Part shown: piece after piece, positions 38,170 through 46,988 of the stretch
Layout of the letters: every line of letters starts with the position of its first letter
Numbering within the stretch: position 1 is the stretch's first letter
Source: Hydrurus foetidus
Taxonomy: Eukaryota
Length of the DNA: 64,000 nucleotides
Assembly: GCA_900617105.1 (NCBI GenBank)
Contig: UYFQ01000001.1
Span: 3,162,001 to 3,226,000 of the forward strand
Direction: 5' to 3'
Translations under genes and position numbers: made by a program
Notes under the pieces: model-generated
Database searches by the model: none
Seen by the model: only the letters and a program-made list of their open reading frames with translations
Told to the model about the DNA's origin: nothing

Positions 38170-38478
38170 CTGCAGCGCCGAGTACAGCAGCGAGCCAATC
38201 AGCGCAGCGGTAAAGCCAGTCACACTGAACCCGTCGAGCAGGCTGGCTGCGGCCCAAAACATCAGCGCGTTGATCACAAACAAAAACAGGCCCACGGTGA
38301 TGACGGTAACGGGCAGCGTTAGCAGCACCAATACTGGTCGCACGATGGTGTTCAATATGCCCAGCACCGCAGCGGCGATTAGCGCCGAGGTAAAGCTGGT
38401 CACCACCACGCCGGGGTACAAATAAGCAACCGCCAGCAAAGCGGCTGCGCTGCAGAGCCATTTAAGAATAAATTTCAT
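38125..38478 (-). CDS. 4-TM membrane protein, YvlD/DUF360 ('phage holin family')
   Basis: LNTIVRPVL..LTLP..ITVGLF..VINA. Confidence 0.85.
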   Translation of the reverse strand: MKFILKWLCSAAALLAVAYLYPGVVVTSFTSALIAAAVLGILNTIVRPVLVLLTLPVTVITVGLFLFVINALMFWAAASLLDGFSVTGFTAALIGSLLYSALQLAIEFVLERLLPNK

Positions 38479-38525
38479 ATGTACAGAATACCACCTGAGA
38501 TACTGCGCTGACGCATCGCCGCCGC

Positions 38526-38993
38526 TCAGTCTAGGCCCGCCAGCAAACCCGCCCCGGCCAATGCGGTTGCATAGCCCGTCATTCGGCTGGATTCCGGCTG
38601 TTGACCCGCTGTAACGGGCTTTAGCTCGCAGCCCAGCTTGGGGCGGCGTGCGTCCAGTACCCGCCCCAGTCCGAATTGCAGCGTTAGCGCCTGAGTCAAC
38701 TCACACAAATTTTGCTGCGCTAGCGCAAGCCGGGTGTGTACAGCGTCTTGCGGTTTGCCTGCCTGCAGCAGCTGCGCCGTGACGCGTGCCAACGCCGTGT
38801 CGGCCCAGCTTTGTTGCCAGCTTAAAACAGCGCCGGGCGATACCCACTTGCTAATGTGGCTGTGAATATTCGGGGCGCAACCCACCAGCACCCAACAAGT
38901 AGGCGCTTGGCTGGCTGCGTGCAACATGGGCTGTAGCAGCGTGTTGGCGTAAGCTGCGTCGTTGACAAAAACAATGATGGTTTCGGTTGGCAT
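38526..38993 (-). CDS. Hypothetical protein downstream of terC
   Basis: ORF in the same orientation, AGAAAGG RBS-like sequence before the ATG. Confidence 0.65.
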   Translation of the reverse strand: MPTETIIVFVNDAAYANTLLQPMLHAASQAPTCWVLVGCAPNIHSHISKWVSPGAVLSWQQSWADTALARVTAQLLQAGKPQDAVHTRLALAQQNLCELTQALTLQFGLGRVLDARRPKLGCELKPVTAGQQPESSRMTGYATALAGAGLLAGLD

Positions 38994-39038
38994 AACGGCC
39001 TTTCTGAGTTGCGGTAAATGAGTCAATCAAGCACCTGG

Positions 39039-39755
39039 CTACTGAACGAGATTGCCGGGCTTGTTGCGGCGCGCTGCCCACAGCCCCGCGCCCAGCACCC
39101 CGCAAATCGCCACCGAATAGGTGGCCCATTCGGCCACCAGTTGCTTGGTTTTTGCAGACGGCAAACTGTCTGGGCCGCCATACAAGTTGTCCAGCAATTG
39201 CTCGCTGACAATCATTTTGGCGGCGGTAAAGGCCAGCACCGCAGCGCCGATGTGAATGATGATGGGAAAGCGCTCCACCAGCTTTAGCACCAGCGTGCTG
39301 CCGTACACCACAATCGGCACGCTGACCAAAAGGCCAATGATCACCAGGTCAAACGAGCCTTGCGCGGCGCCCGCAACACCCAGCACGTTGTCTATACCCA
39401 TCAGCGCGTCGGCCACCACAATGGTTTTCATGGCCCCCCAAAAGGTGCTGGCCATGGGGCCGCTGTGCTCGGTGCCGCCCGCGTTGCCCAGCAACCGGTA
39501 GGCAATCCACAGCAGCCCCAAGCCGCCGACCAGCAGCAGACCAGGAATTTTGAGCAGCCAAACCACGCCCACCGTCATGAGTGCGCGCACAACAATAGCG
39601 CCCACCATGCCCCAGGCAATGGCCTTTTTTTGCAGTTGCGGCGGCAGTTTGCGTGCGGCCAGCGCAATCACAATCGCGTTATCGCCAGCCAAAACGAGGT
39701 CAATCAAAATAATGGCCAGCAAGGCCGACCACCAGGGGGAAGAAAACAATTCCAT
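39039..39755 (-). CDS. TerC-family membrane protein
   Basis: IDLVLAGDNAIVIA and ADALMGIDNVLGVAG. Confidence 0.93.
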   Translation of the reverse strand: MELFSSPWWSALLAIILIDLVLAGDNAIVIALAARKLPPQLQKKAIAWGMVGAIVVRALMTVGVVWLLKIPGLLLVGGLGLLWIAYRLLGNAGGTEHSGPMASTFWGAMKTIVVADALMGIDNVLGVAGAAQGSFDLVIIGLLVSVPIVVYGSTLVLKLVERFPIIIHIGAAVLAFTAAKMIVSEQLLDNLYGGPDSLPSAKTKQLVAEWATYSVAICGVLGAGLWAARRNKPGNLVQ

Positions 39756-39884
39756 CGCAAACTCCGTTCAAGCGTTGACCCAACTGAACAGAATTTCGCG
39801 AATTTCGAAGGCGACTGCTTATGCGGTGCATCGCGGCAGCTATCACTTCTTCAAACGCTTCGACAGAACCTGTTCAGGCTTTTA

Positions 39885-39996
39885 ATCGAAGGTCTGGCTC
39901 AACATACATCGTGCTGTATGCCCAACAGGCCGGAAAGGTATGTGCGATACCCTTCGGGTTGACGGCGTTGTTGTGGGGAGTTACTCCCCCTCGGTC
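39885..39996 (-). ncRNA. yybP-ykoY (Mn-sensing) riboswitch
   Basis: Minus strand reads CGAGGGGGAGTAAC...CGTCAA...GAGCCAGACCTTCG in the leader of a terC gene, the usual context of this family. Confidence 0.78.
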
Positions 39997-40082
39997 ATAT
40001 CATTGGACAATAAAAGAAATTAGATTGCAAGCCGCGCGGTGCCCCACCGCGCGTTTGCGCGTTTGTCCTACACCCTTGTTTC

Positions 40083-40505
40083 ATGTCAGCCATCCACATC
40101 ACCGATATTGAAGCCGCCATTAACTATTGGCGTGCCAAAAGCCCCTCGCCAGACGGCATTACGCTGGCCCCTGAACTGCGCGCGCTGGCCACCGTGTACG
40201 CCATGCTGGTTTTTTATCACGAAGACGAAGCCAGCATTGCCGGGTTTCCGCCCAAAGCCATGGACGCCTGGATGGCCTGGTACGACACCACTATTGACGC
40301 GCCTTGCATCGCCATTTGCTCGACCAGCCAGGGCGATGAAATGTGCAAAGGTTGCGGCCGCACCTTTGATGAAGTGCAGCATTGGCCCAGCATGAGTGCG
40401 TTTGACAAGCGCGGCACGTGGCGGCGCATCACGCAAGAAGCCACCGCCTGGCGCTTTGGCCGCTATGCCGACCGGGCGCTTGAAAATACCCAAAAACAGC
40501 CTTAA
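40083..40505 (+). CDS. DUF3717 plus Cys-rich DUF1289-like protein
   Basis: ITDIEAAINYWR N-terminus; PCIAICS...CKGCGRT C-terminus. Confidence 0.75.
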   Translation: MSAIHITDIEAAINYWRAKSPSPDGITLAPELRALATVYAMLVFYHEDEASIAGFPPKAMDAWMAWYDTTIDAPCIAICSTSQGDEMCKGCGRTFDEVQHWPSMSAFDKRGTWRRITQEATAWRFGRYADRALENTQKQP

Positions 40506-40540
40506 AACAGCTTTAAAACAGGCTTAAATAGGCATCTAAT

Positions 40541-40591
40541 ATGCCTTTAACCCAATAAAATAGGGCGCGAGCAGCTATTAATATTGTAGTG
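40541..40591 (-). repeat. Dispersed repeat, copy 14
   Basis: CCCAATAAAATAGGGCGCGAGCAGCTATTAATATTGTAGT. Confidence 0.85.
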
Positions 40592-40610
40592 ATTGGCATA
40601 CACTCAACCC

Positions 40611-40913
40611 ATGCGCCGCCTGACCCCAGCCCCCAACATTGCCATCGCCGCGCTGTGGGCCGACACGCTGCAACAAGCCGGCTTTTCAGCCAGTGTGCAG
40701 CGCTATTTTTTGGGCGGTATTGCCGGGGAATTACCGCCCGACCAGTGCTTGCCTGAAGTCTGGCTAACGCATGACCATGAAGAGGCCGCCGCGCGCAAGT
40801 TGCTGGACGACCTGCAACACACGCCGCAGCGTCGGTGGTTGTGCGCTTGCGGCGAAATGGTTGAAGGCGGCTTTGAAAGCTGTTGGCAGTGCGGCCTGGT
40901 GATGCCTGCCTAG
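40611..40913 (+). CDS. DUF2007-like putative signal-transducing protein with C-terminal Zn finger
   Basis: AGELP, WLCACGE...FESCWQCG. Confidence 0.75.
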   Translation: MRRLTPAPNIAIAALWADTLQQAGFSASVQRYFLGGIAGELPPDQCLPEVWLTHDHEEAAARKLLDDLQHTPQRRWLCACGEMVEGGFESCWQCGLVMPA

Positions 40914-40929
40914 CGGCTGGCGAGCAGCC

Positions 40930-41922
40930 TCACGACAAGCGCGTCACGCCCGGCAGCTCACACGCATAGATCGCATTGCGCAGCGCGGCAATCGCCTCAT
41001 ACCGCGTAAAACTGCGCCGCCACGCCAGCACCACGCGGCGGCTGGGAATGTGCCCGACAAACGGCAGGTAAGTGATCAAAGGTGCGTCAATCGCTTTGTT
41101 TTTTGCCGCTTTTTTGCCGGCTGCAGGGGCCTTGGCGCTGACAGCCTGCGCCGCCAGCTCAGCGCTGGGTACACCCAGTCGCGGCACCAGCGTGATGCCC
41201 ATGCCCGCAGCCACCATGTGTTTGATGGTCTCGAGTGACGAGCCCTCAAAGCTTTTGCGAATACCGTCGGCGTTGCTTGAAAAGCGCGCAAATTCGGGGC
41301 ACACCTCCAGCACGTGGTCCCTGAAGCAATGGCCATTGCCCAGCAGCAGCATGGTTTCGCTTTTCATTTCTTCAGCGGTCACGCTGTCGCGTTGGGCGAG
41401 CGGGTGCGCGCTGGGCACCGCCGCCATAAAAGGCTCGTCGTACAGCGGGGCAATGGCCAGGTTGCTGTCGGGAAAAGGCTCAGCCAAAATCGCGCAGTCA
41501 ATGTCGCCGTTGCGCAGCTCTTCAAGCAACTTCACGGTAAAGTTTTCTTGCAGAATAAGCGGCATTTGCGGTGTGGCGGCAATGATTTTTCGCACCAGCT
41601 CCGGCAGCAAATACGGGCCAATGGTGTAGATCACCCCCAAGCGCAAACTGCCCGCCAGCGGGTCTTTGCCGCGCTTGGCTATTTCTTTGATGTGGTCGGC
41701 CTGCTCCAGCACGCTTTGCGCTTGTCGAATGATCTCTTCGCCTAGCGGCGTCACGGTAATTTCGTTGGCGTTGCGCTCAAAGAGTTTGACCTGCAATTCT
41801 TCTTCAAGCTTTTTAATCGCCACGCTCAATGTGGGCTGCGACACATGGCAAGCGTCAGCGCCTTTGCCAAAGTGCTTTTCGCGCGCCACGGCCACAATGT
41901 ATTTGAGTTCAGTCAGCGTCAT
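40930..41922 (-). CDS. oxyR: Hydrogen peroxide-inducible LysR activator OxyR
   Basis: MTLTELKYIVAVARE.HFG, GHCFRDHVLEVC redox Cys pair, SSLETI. Confidence 0.92.
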   Translation of the reverse strand: MTLTELKYIVAVAREKHFGKGADACHVSQPTLSVAIKKLEEELQVKLFERNANEITVTPLGEEIIRQAQSVLEQADHIKEIAKRGKDPLAGSLRLGVIYTIGPYLLPELVRKIIAATPQMPLILQENFTVKLLEELRNGDIDCAILAEPFPDSNLAIAPLYDEPFMAAVPSAHPLAQRDSVTAEEMKSETMLLLGNGHCFRDHVLEVCPEFARFSSNADGIRKSFEGSSLETIKHMVAAGMGITLVPRLGVPSAELAAQAVSAKAPAAGKKAAKNKAIDAPLITYLPFVGHIPSRRVVLAWRRSFTRYEAIAALRNAIYACELPGVTRLS

Positions 41923-42106
41923 GTGGCTATTGTGGGGCTTGCTGCCAGCTATGCGCTGCGGCCGGGGACTGTTATCAGCCGCCAAGGCAGAGCCTGGTAT
42001 TTGCAGCGTCCGGTCGCAATCGTTTTGCGTTCTGCAGACAAGCTAGGATGCAAGTGCGCGCTGACAACGCAAAAACAGCTAAATCAGGGTTATTGTTAGA
42101 GTTAAA

Positions 42107-42158
42107 TAGCCTTATAGCCCAATAAAATAGGGCGCGAGCAGCTATTAAGTTAATAGTA
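42107..42158 (-). repeat. Dispersed repeat, copy 15
   Basis: TAGCCCAATAAAATAGGGCGCGAGCAGCTATTAAGTTAATAGTA; 31 bp identical to copy 14. Confidence 0.88.
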
Positions 42159-42242
42159 AATGAAAGCCCGGCCGTCTCCTTGTTGCCACCCGCGTGATGC
42201 TGCGAAAAGCCCGCTTCACTTCACCTTCAACGTGACCGATCA

Positions 42243-42842
42243 ATGACTTACACCTTCGTTTCCGCCACGATTTTGCTGCTGCTTATTACCGACCCGTTTG
42301 GCAACATTCCTATTTTTGCGAATGCCTTGAGAAATGTGCCGTCCCAGCGCCGGCCGCTGGTGATTTTGCGCGAGGTGCTGATTGCTTTTACGCTGCTGCT
42401 GGTTTTCATGTTCATCGGCGAAGGTTTTTTGCGCGTCATGAATCTGAGCGCGCTGGCGCTGCAAATTGCGGGCGGGGTGATTTTGTTTTTAATCGCTTTG
42501 CGCATGATCTTTCCGCCGCCCGTGGTTGAAGATCTGGCAGGCCTGCAAACCGAGCCGCTAATAGTGCCGCTGGCTATTCCTGCACTGGCTGGGCCATCGG
42601 CATTGGCCACCGTGTTGCTGCTGGTGTCCCAAGCGCCTGAGCGCCGCTGGGAATGGATAGCCGCCCTCAGCGTGACCATGGCGGTGTGCGCCGCGGTGCT
42701 GGTACTGGCCGAGCGCATTCAGCGCGTGCTGGGTGAGCGTTTTGTAGTAGCGGTGGAGCGCTTGATGGGCTTGATTTTGGTGGCCGTGGCGGTTGAAATG
42801 CTGCTGCGCGGCGTCAAGGAGTTTGCGTTGGAGGTCAGGTAA
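42243..42842 (+). CDS. MarC-family membrane protein
   Basis: DPFGNIPIF, VPLAIPALAGP, ERLMGLIL. Confidence 0.93.
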   Translation: MTYTFVSATILLLLITDPFGNIPIFANALRNVPSQRRPLVILREVLIAFTLLLVFMFIGEGFLRVMNLSALALQIAGGVILFLIALRMIFPPPVVEDLAGLQTEPLIVPLAIPALAGPSALATVLLLVSQAPERRWEWIAALSVTMAVCAAVLVLAERIQRVLGERFVVAVERLMGLILVAVAVEMLLRGVKEFALEVR

Positions 42843-42996
42843 CAGCTCCAAAGGTTGAGGCTCTTCAGGAAACCTTTTTTAGCGCCGGGCATTGCCGCAG
42901 TGCGAGGATTCGTGCTGGCGTCTGACTCTACACTTCGGGCGCGCAAGGCAAGCAACATCTATTGCTTGTGGCCCGCCATTAAAAGCTAAAGACCGC

Positions 42997-43248
42997 ATGC
43001 AACCGCTTCCCGACCGAACGCACGACAACTTAACCTCAAACAGCGCAAGCCACCAGCCTGCCGACACCAGCCTGGCCAGCACAACCAGCGAATTTCAACC
43101 CTACCAGCCGCCGCTGCGCGAGCGAAACCTTGAGCAAACAACCATTTGGGTGGTTGTACTTTTGGCGGCCGGCATTGGCTTTGCCGCGGTCACGGTGTGG
43201 ATGTTTTTGCCCAGCATGCTGCCCAAATTGCCGCTGACTTTTCTGTAG
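42997..43248 (+). CDS. Small hypothetical membrane protein
   Basis: Fills an intergenic gap; single C-terminal TM helix. Confidence 0.45.
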   Translation: MQPLPDRTHDNLTSNSASHQPADTSLASTTSEFQPYQPPLRERNLEQTTIWVVVLLAAGIGFAAVTVWMFLPSMLPKLPLTFL

Positions 43249-43259
43249 CTCCGCAGTAG

Positions 43260-44252
43260 TTAGGCCAGCGCCGCCACCTTCTGCTCAATCGCGCCAAACA
43301 CGCTTTGGCCGTCTTTGGCTTTAGCCTCAATGCGAATCGTGTCGCCAAACTTCATGAACGGCGTGACAGGTGCGCCGCTTTCAATAGTCTCAATGGCGCG
43401 CTTTTCTGCAATGCAGCTGTAGCCGTGCGTCCAGTCTTTGTTGCTCACGGTGCCTGAACCGATTACGCTGCCCGCGCGCACGTTGCGGGTTTTGCAAATG
43501 TGGGCAATTAGTTGGCCGAAATGAAACGTCATTTCTGGCCCGGCCTCGCACATGCCGACTTTGCGGCCATTCCAGGTGCTTTGCAGCGTCATGTGCAATC
43601 TGCCGCCTTGCCATGCATCGCCGAGTTCGTCCAGCGTAACCGCCACGGGGCTAAAAGCCGTGGCGGGTTTGCTTTGAAAAAAGCCGAAGCCTTTGGCTAG
43701 TTCGGCCGGGATCAAATTGCGCAGCGACACATCGTTGGCCAGCATCACCAGGCGAATGCCGTCCAGCGCTTGTTCGGGCGTGGCGCTCATGCGCACGTCG
43801 CCGGTAATCACGGCAATTTCTGCCTCAAAGTCAATGCCGAACTCCTCACTGGCCACCACCACGTCGTCTCGCGGGCCAATAAAGTCGTCACTGCCGCCCT
43901 GGTACATGAGTGGGTCGGTGTAAAAAGTGTCGGGCACTTCTGACCTGCGCGCGGCGCGCACCAGCTCAACGTGGTTAATAAACGCCGAGCCGTCGGCCCA
44001 CTGGTAGGCGCGCGGCAGGGGTGCCATGCACTGCGCAGGCTCAAACGGGAAAGCGTGGCGTGCCAGTGACGATTTTTCGCTGTTTAGCGACTCATACAGG
44101 TCCTGCAGTTGCGGCGACAAGAAGTTCCAATCGTCCAGTATCTGCTGCAGTTTGTTGGCAATGCCAGTTGCATAATGGGCTGTGGACAAGTCGCGTGAGA
44201 CCACAACCAGCTGGCCGTCTCGTGAGCCGTCTTTGTAGGTGGCGAGTTTCAT
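43260..44252 (-). CDS. Fumarylacetoacetate hydrolase family protein
   Basis: DFEAEIAV, NDVSLR, FFQSKP, GSGTVS. Confidence 0.92.
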   Translation of the reverse strand: MKLATYKDGSRDGQLVVVSRDLSTAHYATGIANKLQQILDDWNFLSPQLQDLYESLNSEKSSLARHAFPFEPAQCMAPLPRAYQWADGSAFINHVELVRAARRSEVPDTFYTDPLMYQGGSDDFIGPRDDVVVASEEFGIDFEAEIAVITGDVRMSATPEQALDGIRLVMLANDVSLRNLIPAELAKGFGFFQSKPATAFSPVAVTLDELGDAWQGGRLHMTLQSTWNGRKVGMCEAGPEMTFHFGQLIAHICKTRNVRAGSVIGSGTVSNKDWTHGYSCIAEKRAIETIESGAPVTPFMKFGDTIRIEAKAKDGQSVFGAIEQKVAALA

Positions 44253-44382
44253 TAAAAATCCTTGGGGGCCCCGCTGGGCGTTACGATAAGTGAAATCGAT
44301 TTACCTAAAAGTAATCTCGCAAATAATTATAGGTTTGAACGCAGCGCGTTTTTAGCGCCGTTGCCTTGCCTTCCAACACGCC

Positions 44383-45237
44383 ATGGCCCAGCCCCGAATA
44401 AGCCCCACGCAAGACGCTGTTGACGATGCCCCGCCGGGCGCTGCGCCGCGCGCTGGTATTCAGTCGGTGGAAGTGGGTTTTGGCCTGCTCGACGTGTTGG
44501 CCAACGCGGGCGCACCGCTTAATCTGCGAGATTTAGCGGCGCAAGCCAACATGAGCGCGGCCAAAGCGCACCGTTATCTGGTCAGTTTTCAGCGGCTGAA
44601 GTTGGTGGTGCAAGACGGCGCCAGCACGCGCTATGACCTTGGCCCGGCGGCGCTAAAGTTAGGGCTTGCTTCGCTTTCAAGGATTGACGCCGTTAAGTTG
44701 GCTCGCGCCCGCTTGCCGCTGCTGATGGGTGAAATTGGACAAACGCTGGCCCTGGCCGTGTGGGGCAATCAGGGCCCGACCATCGTGCACTGGGAAGAAT
44801 CGCCGCAGGTCATTACCGTCAGTTTGCGCTTGGGCGACGTGATGCCCTTGACGTCGTCGGCCACCGGCTTGTGCTTTGCAGCTTTCATGGCGACCCGCCA
44901 AAACGCAGCCAAAACGCGGCTGCAAAGTTTGCTGAAGGCCGAAATGGCCAGCACCCAAAAGCTGGGCCGGCAAGACTTGCCCACCAGCCTTTCGGCGGTC
45001 AATGCGCTGCTTGATGAAGCCAGGGCGCACGGCGCGGCAAGGGTGGTCAACACGCTGTTGCCTGGCGTAGGCGGCTTTTGCGCGCCCGTGTTTGACGCAG
45101 ACGGCCACATGGTGCTGGGCATGGTGGCGCTGGGCTCGCTGGTGTCGTTTGACCCGGCTTTTGATGGCCAAGTGGCCACACCGCTCAAGGCCGCAGCCCG
45201 CCAGTTGTCTCGTGACTTGGGCTACGTGGCCGCATGA
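44383..45237 (+). CDS. IclR-family transcriptional regulator
   Basis: IQSVEVGF, AKAHRYL, YDLGP, SATG, APVFD. Confidence 0.92.
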   Translation: MAQPRISPTQDAVDDAPPGAAPRAGIQSVEVGFGLLDVLANAGAPLNLRDLAAQANMSAAKAHRYLVSFQRLKLVVQDGASTRYDLGPAALKLGLASLSRIDAVKLARARLPLLMGEIGQTLALAVWGNQGPTIVHWEESPQVITVSLRLGDVMPLTSSATGLCFAAFMATRQNAAKTRLQSLLKAEMASTQKLGRQDLPTSLSAVNALLDEARAHGAARVVNTLLPGVGGFCAPVFDADGHMVLGMVALGSLVSFDPAFDGQVATPLKAAARQLSRDLGYVAA

Positions 45238-46439
45238 CCAACTCGCCAGGTTTGCATGCATCGCCAGGTTTGCGCGCATCGCCGGGCTGGCGGCCCTTGG
45301 CGTTGGTAGTAGCTGTGGTGGTGCTGGCCCATGCGCTGGTGCTGCAAGGCTCGCCCGCGCAGTTTGGCCATTTTGAAGGCGCCGCTGACCCGGACGAAGC
45401 GGGCGGTAAAACGTTTGCCACACGCAGTATTGAACCGCCGAGCAAGCCAGCCGAACCTGCTGCCGCGACCATTGCAACCCCAGCGCCAACAGCGGCGCCA
45501 ACCCCCTCGCCAGCCGTAAAATCCAAGCCGAATAGGCCTGTAGCCCAACCAGTACAGGCGCGAGCAGCTCCTGAATCAATAGCGAAAACCACCTCACCCA
45601 CTGCGCCGGTCACACCCACGACGACACTCGCATCCACTCCCACTCCCACTCCTGCTTCCACGGCTACCGCTGCGCTGGAGGTGCCGCCGGAAAGTGCTGC
45701 TGCCTTGCCCGCATCTGCATCTACATCTGCATCTGCATCTGCATCTGCAGCCGCCGCCAGCATGCCCGCAGGCCCGCAAACCACGCAGGTCAGCGCGGTC
45801 ACGCTGCCGGGCTCCGCCCGCCTGCAGTACAGCGTGGTCGGCCTGGCCAAAAGCCTGAACTACCAAGCCAGTGCCGAACTGCTCTGGAAAGCCAGCGGCG
45901 ACCGGTACGAAGCGGTGCTAAAGGTGAGCGCGTTTTTGGTCGGCTCCCGCAGCTTGAGCAGCGTGGGTCAAATCACCGCCACTGGGCTGGCCCCCACCCG
46001 GTTTTCAGACAAAGCCAGGCAAGAATTGGCCGCGCACTTTGAGCCAACCAAGGGCAAAATTGTCTTCAGCGCCAACACGCCTGACGCACCGTGGGTAGAA
46101 GGTGCGCAAGACCGGGTCAGCGTGTTTTTGCAACTGGCGGGCATTTTGGCGGCCAAGCCGCAAGATTACCCGGCTGGCGCCAGCATTTCGCTGTACACCG
46201 TAGGCCCGCGCGAGGCGGATACATGGACATTTGTAGTCGAGCAGACAGAAAACCTCGATTTGATGGGTGCGCCCATGGCCACGCTCAAACTGACCCGCAA
46301 GCCGCGCCGCGAGTTCGACCAAAAAGTTGAGGTGTGGCTCGCGCCTTCTTTGGGTTACCTGCCCGTGCGTACCCGCATTACCCAGCCCAGCGGCGACTTT
46401 GTTGACCAGCGGCTGAGCGAGATCAGCAAGTCGCTGTAA
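45234..46439 (+). CDS. DUF3108-like protein with Pro/Ala/Thr-rich linker
   Basis: N-terminal TM, low-complexity linker, GAQDR.S, VWLAPSLGYLPVR. Confidence 0.8.
   Translation: MTNSPGLHASPGLRASPGWRPLALVVAVVVLAHALVLQGSPAQFGHFEGAADPDEAGGKTFATRSIEPPSKPAEPAAATIATPAPTAAPTPSPAVKSKPNRPVAQPVQARAAPESIAKTTSPTAPVTPTTTLASTPTPTPASTATAALEVPPESAAALPASASTSASASASAAAASMPAGPQTTQVSAVTLPGSARLQYSVVGLAKSLNYQASAELLWKASGDRYEAVLKVSAFLVGSRSLSSVGQITATGLAPTRFSDKARQELAAHFEPTKGKIVFSANTPDAPWVEGAQDRVSVFLQLAGILAAKPQDYPAGASISLYTVGPREADTWTFVVEQTENLDLMGAPMATLKLTRKPRREFDQKVEVWLAPSLGYLPVRTRITQPSGDFVDQRLSEISKSL
45533..45584 (-). repeat. Dispersed repeat, copy 16, in frame inside the DUF3108 gene
   Basis: TAGGCCTGTAGCCCAACCAGTACAGGCGCGAGCAGCTCCTGAATCAATAGCG encodes RPVAQPVQARAAPESIA. 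Confidence 0.85.
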
Positions 46440-46486
46440 CAACGTAACAGGCCAGCCGTGATGGTTAGCCCTGTAAACCTTGAACT

Positions 46487-46502
46487 TGGCACTAACGTTG
46501 CT
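46487..46502 (+). promoter_or_regulatory. Candidate sigma-54 promoter
   Basis: TGGCACTAACGTTGCT, exact TGGCAC-N5-TTGC match about 70 bp upstream of the ORF at 46571. Confidence 0.5.
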
Positions 46503-46570
46503 ATATACATGTCGGTATGACCCGGTCTATGACGTATTCTCGTGCTTAGAATGCAGCAAGGAAATTTTTA

Positions 46571-46852
46571 ATGCAAATGCTTTATGACTCAGAATCTTTT
46601 GTGGTGGTGCAAATTCACGCCAACGCCCCGGAAGAATCTGCCCCCCAGCCCACCACGCCGCAATTGGCGCGCAACGGCTTTGAGATCGTTGACAAACGCT
46701 CTGGCAAAGAGGTTTACCTTGACGGCTCATGGGCAGAAATGTTCGCCCAGCGCCTGAGCGCCTGGCAGCTTAACGCGCCCACCCAGCAAGAAATTGAAGA
46801 CACGCTTGAAGGCTACAGCGGCCTGGCCAATACGCCGATTTCGCTACATTGA
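46571..46852 (+). CDS. DUF3567 (BTH_I0359-like) protein
   Basis: MQMLYDSE.FVVV, GFEIVDK..GKEVYLDG. Confidence 0.78.
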   Translation: MQMLYDSESFVVVQIHANAPEESAPQPTTPQLARNGFEIVDKRSGKEVYLDGSWAEMFAQRLSAWQLNAPTQQEIEDTLEGYSGLANTPISLH

Positions 46853-46988
46853 TTCACATCCCCAACTGGGTCGCCCCGCCCGCACCGTGCGGCGGCCTCG
46901 GGGAAATACCCTGCGCTTGGTATCAAACTTGCGGCATAGTTCGTCTTTTAATTAATTCTCCAGCGCTATTTCGCGCAAAGGACTTTTC

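Noticed and set aside
38125..38478. 'Phage holin family' gene as evidence of a prophage
   Set aside because: This family is commonly chromosomal; no endolysin or phage genes are adjacent.
45630..45750. (ACTCCC)n and (GCATCT)n microsatellites in the DUF3108 gene
   Set aside because: In-frame hexamers in an ordinary low-complexity linker; cannot switch reading frame.
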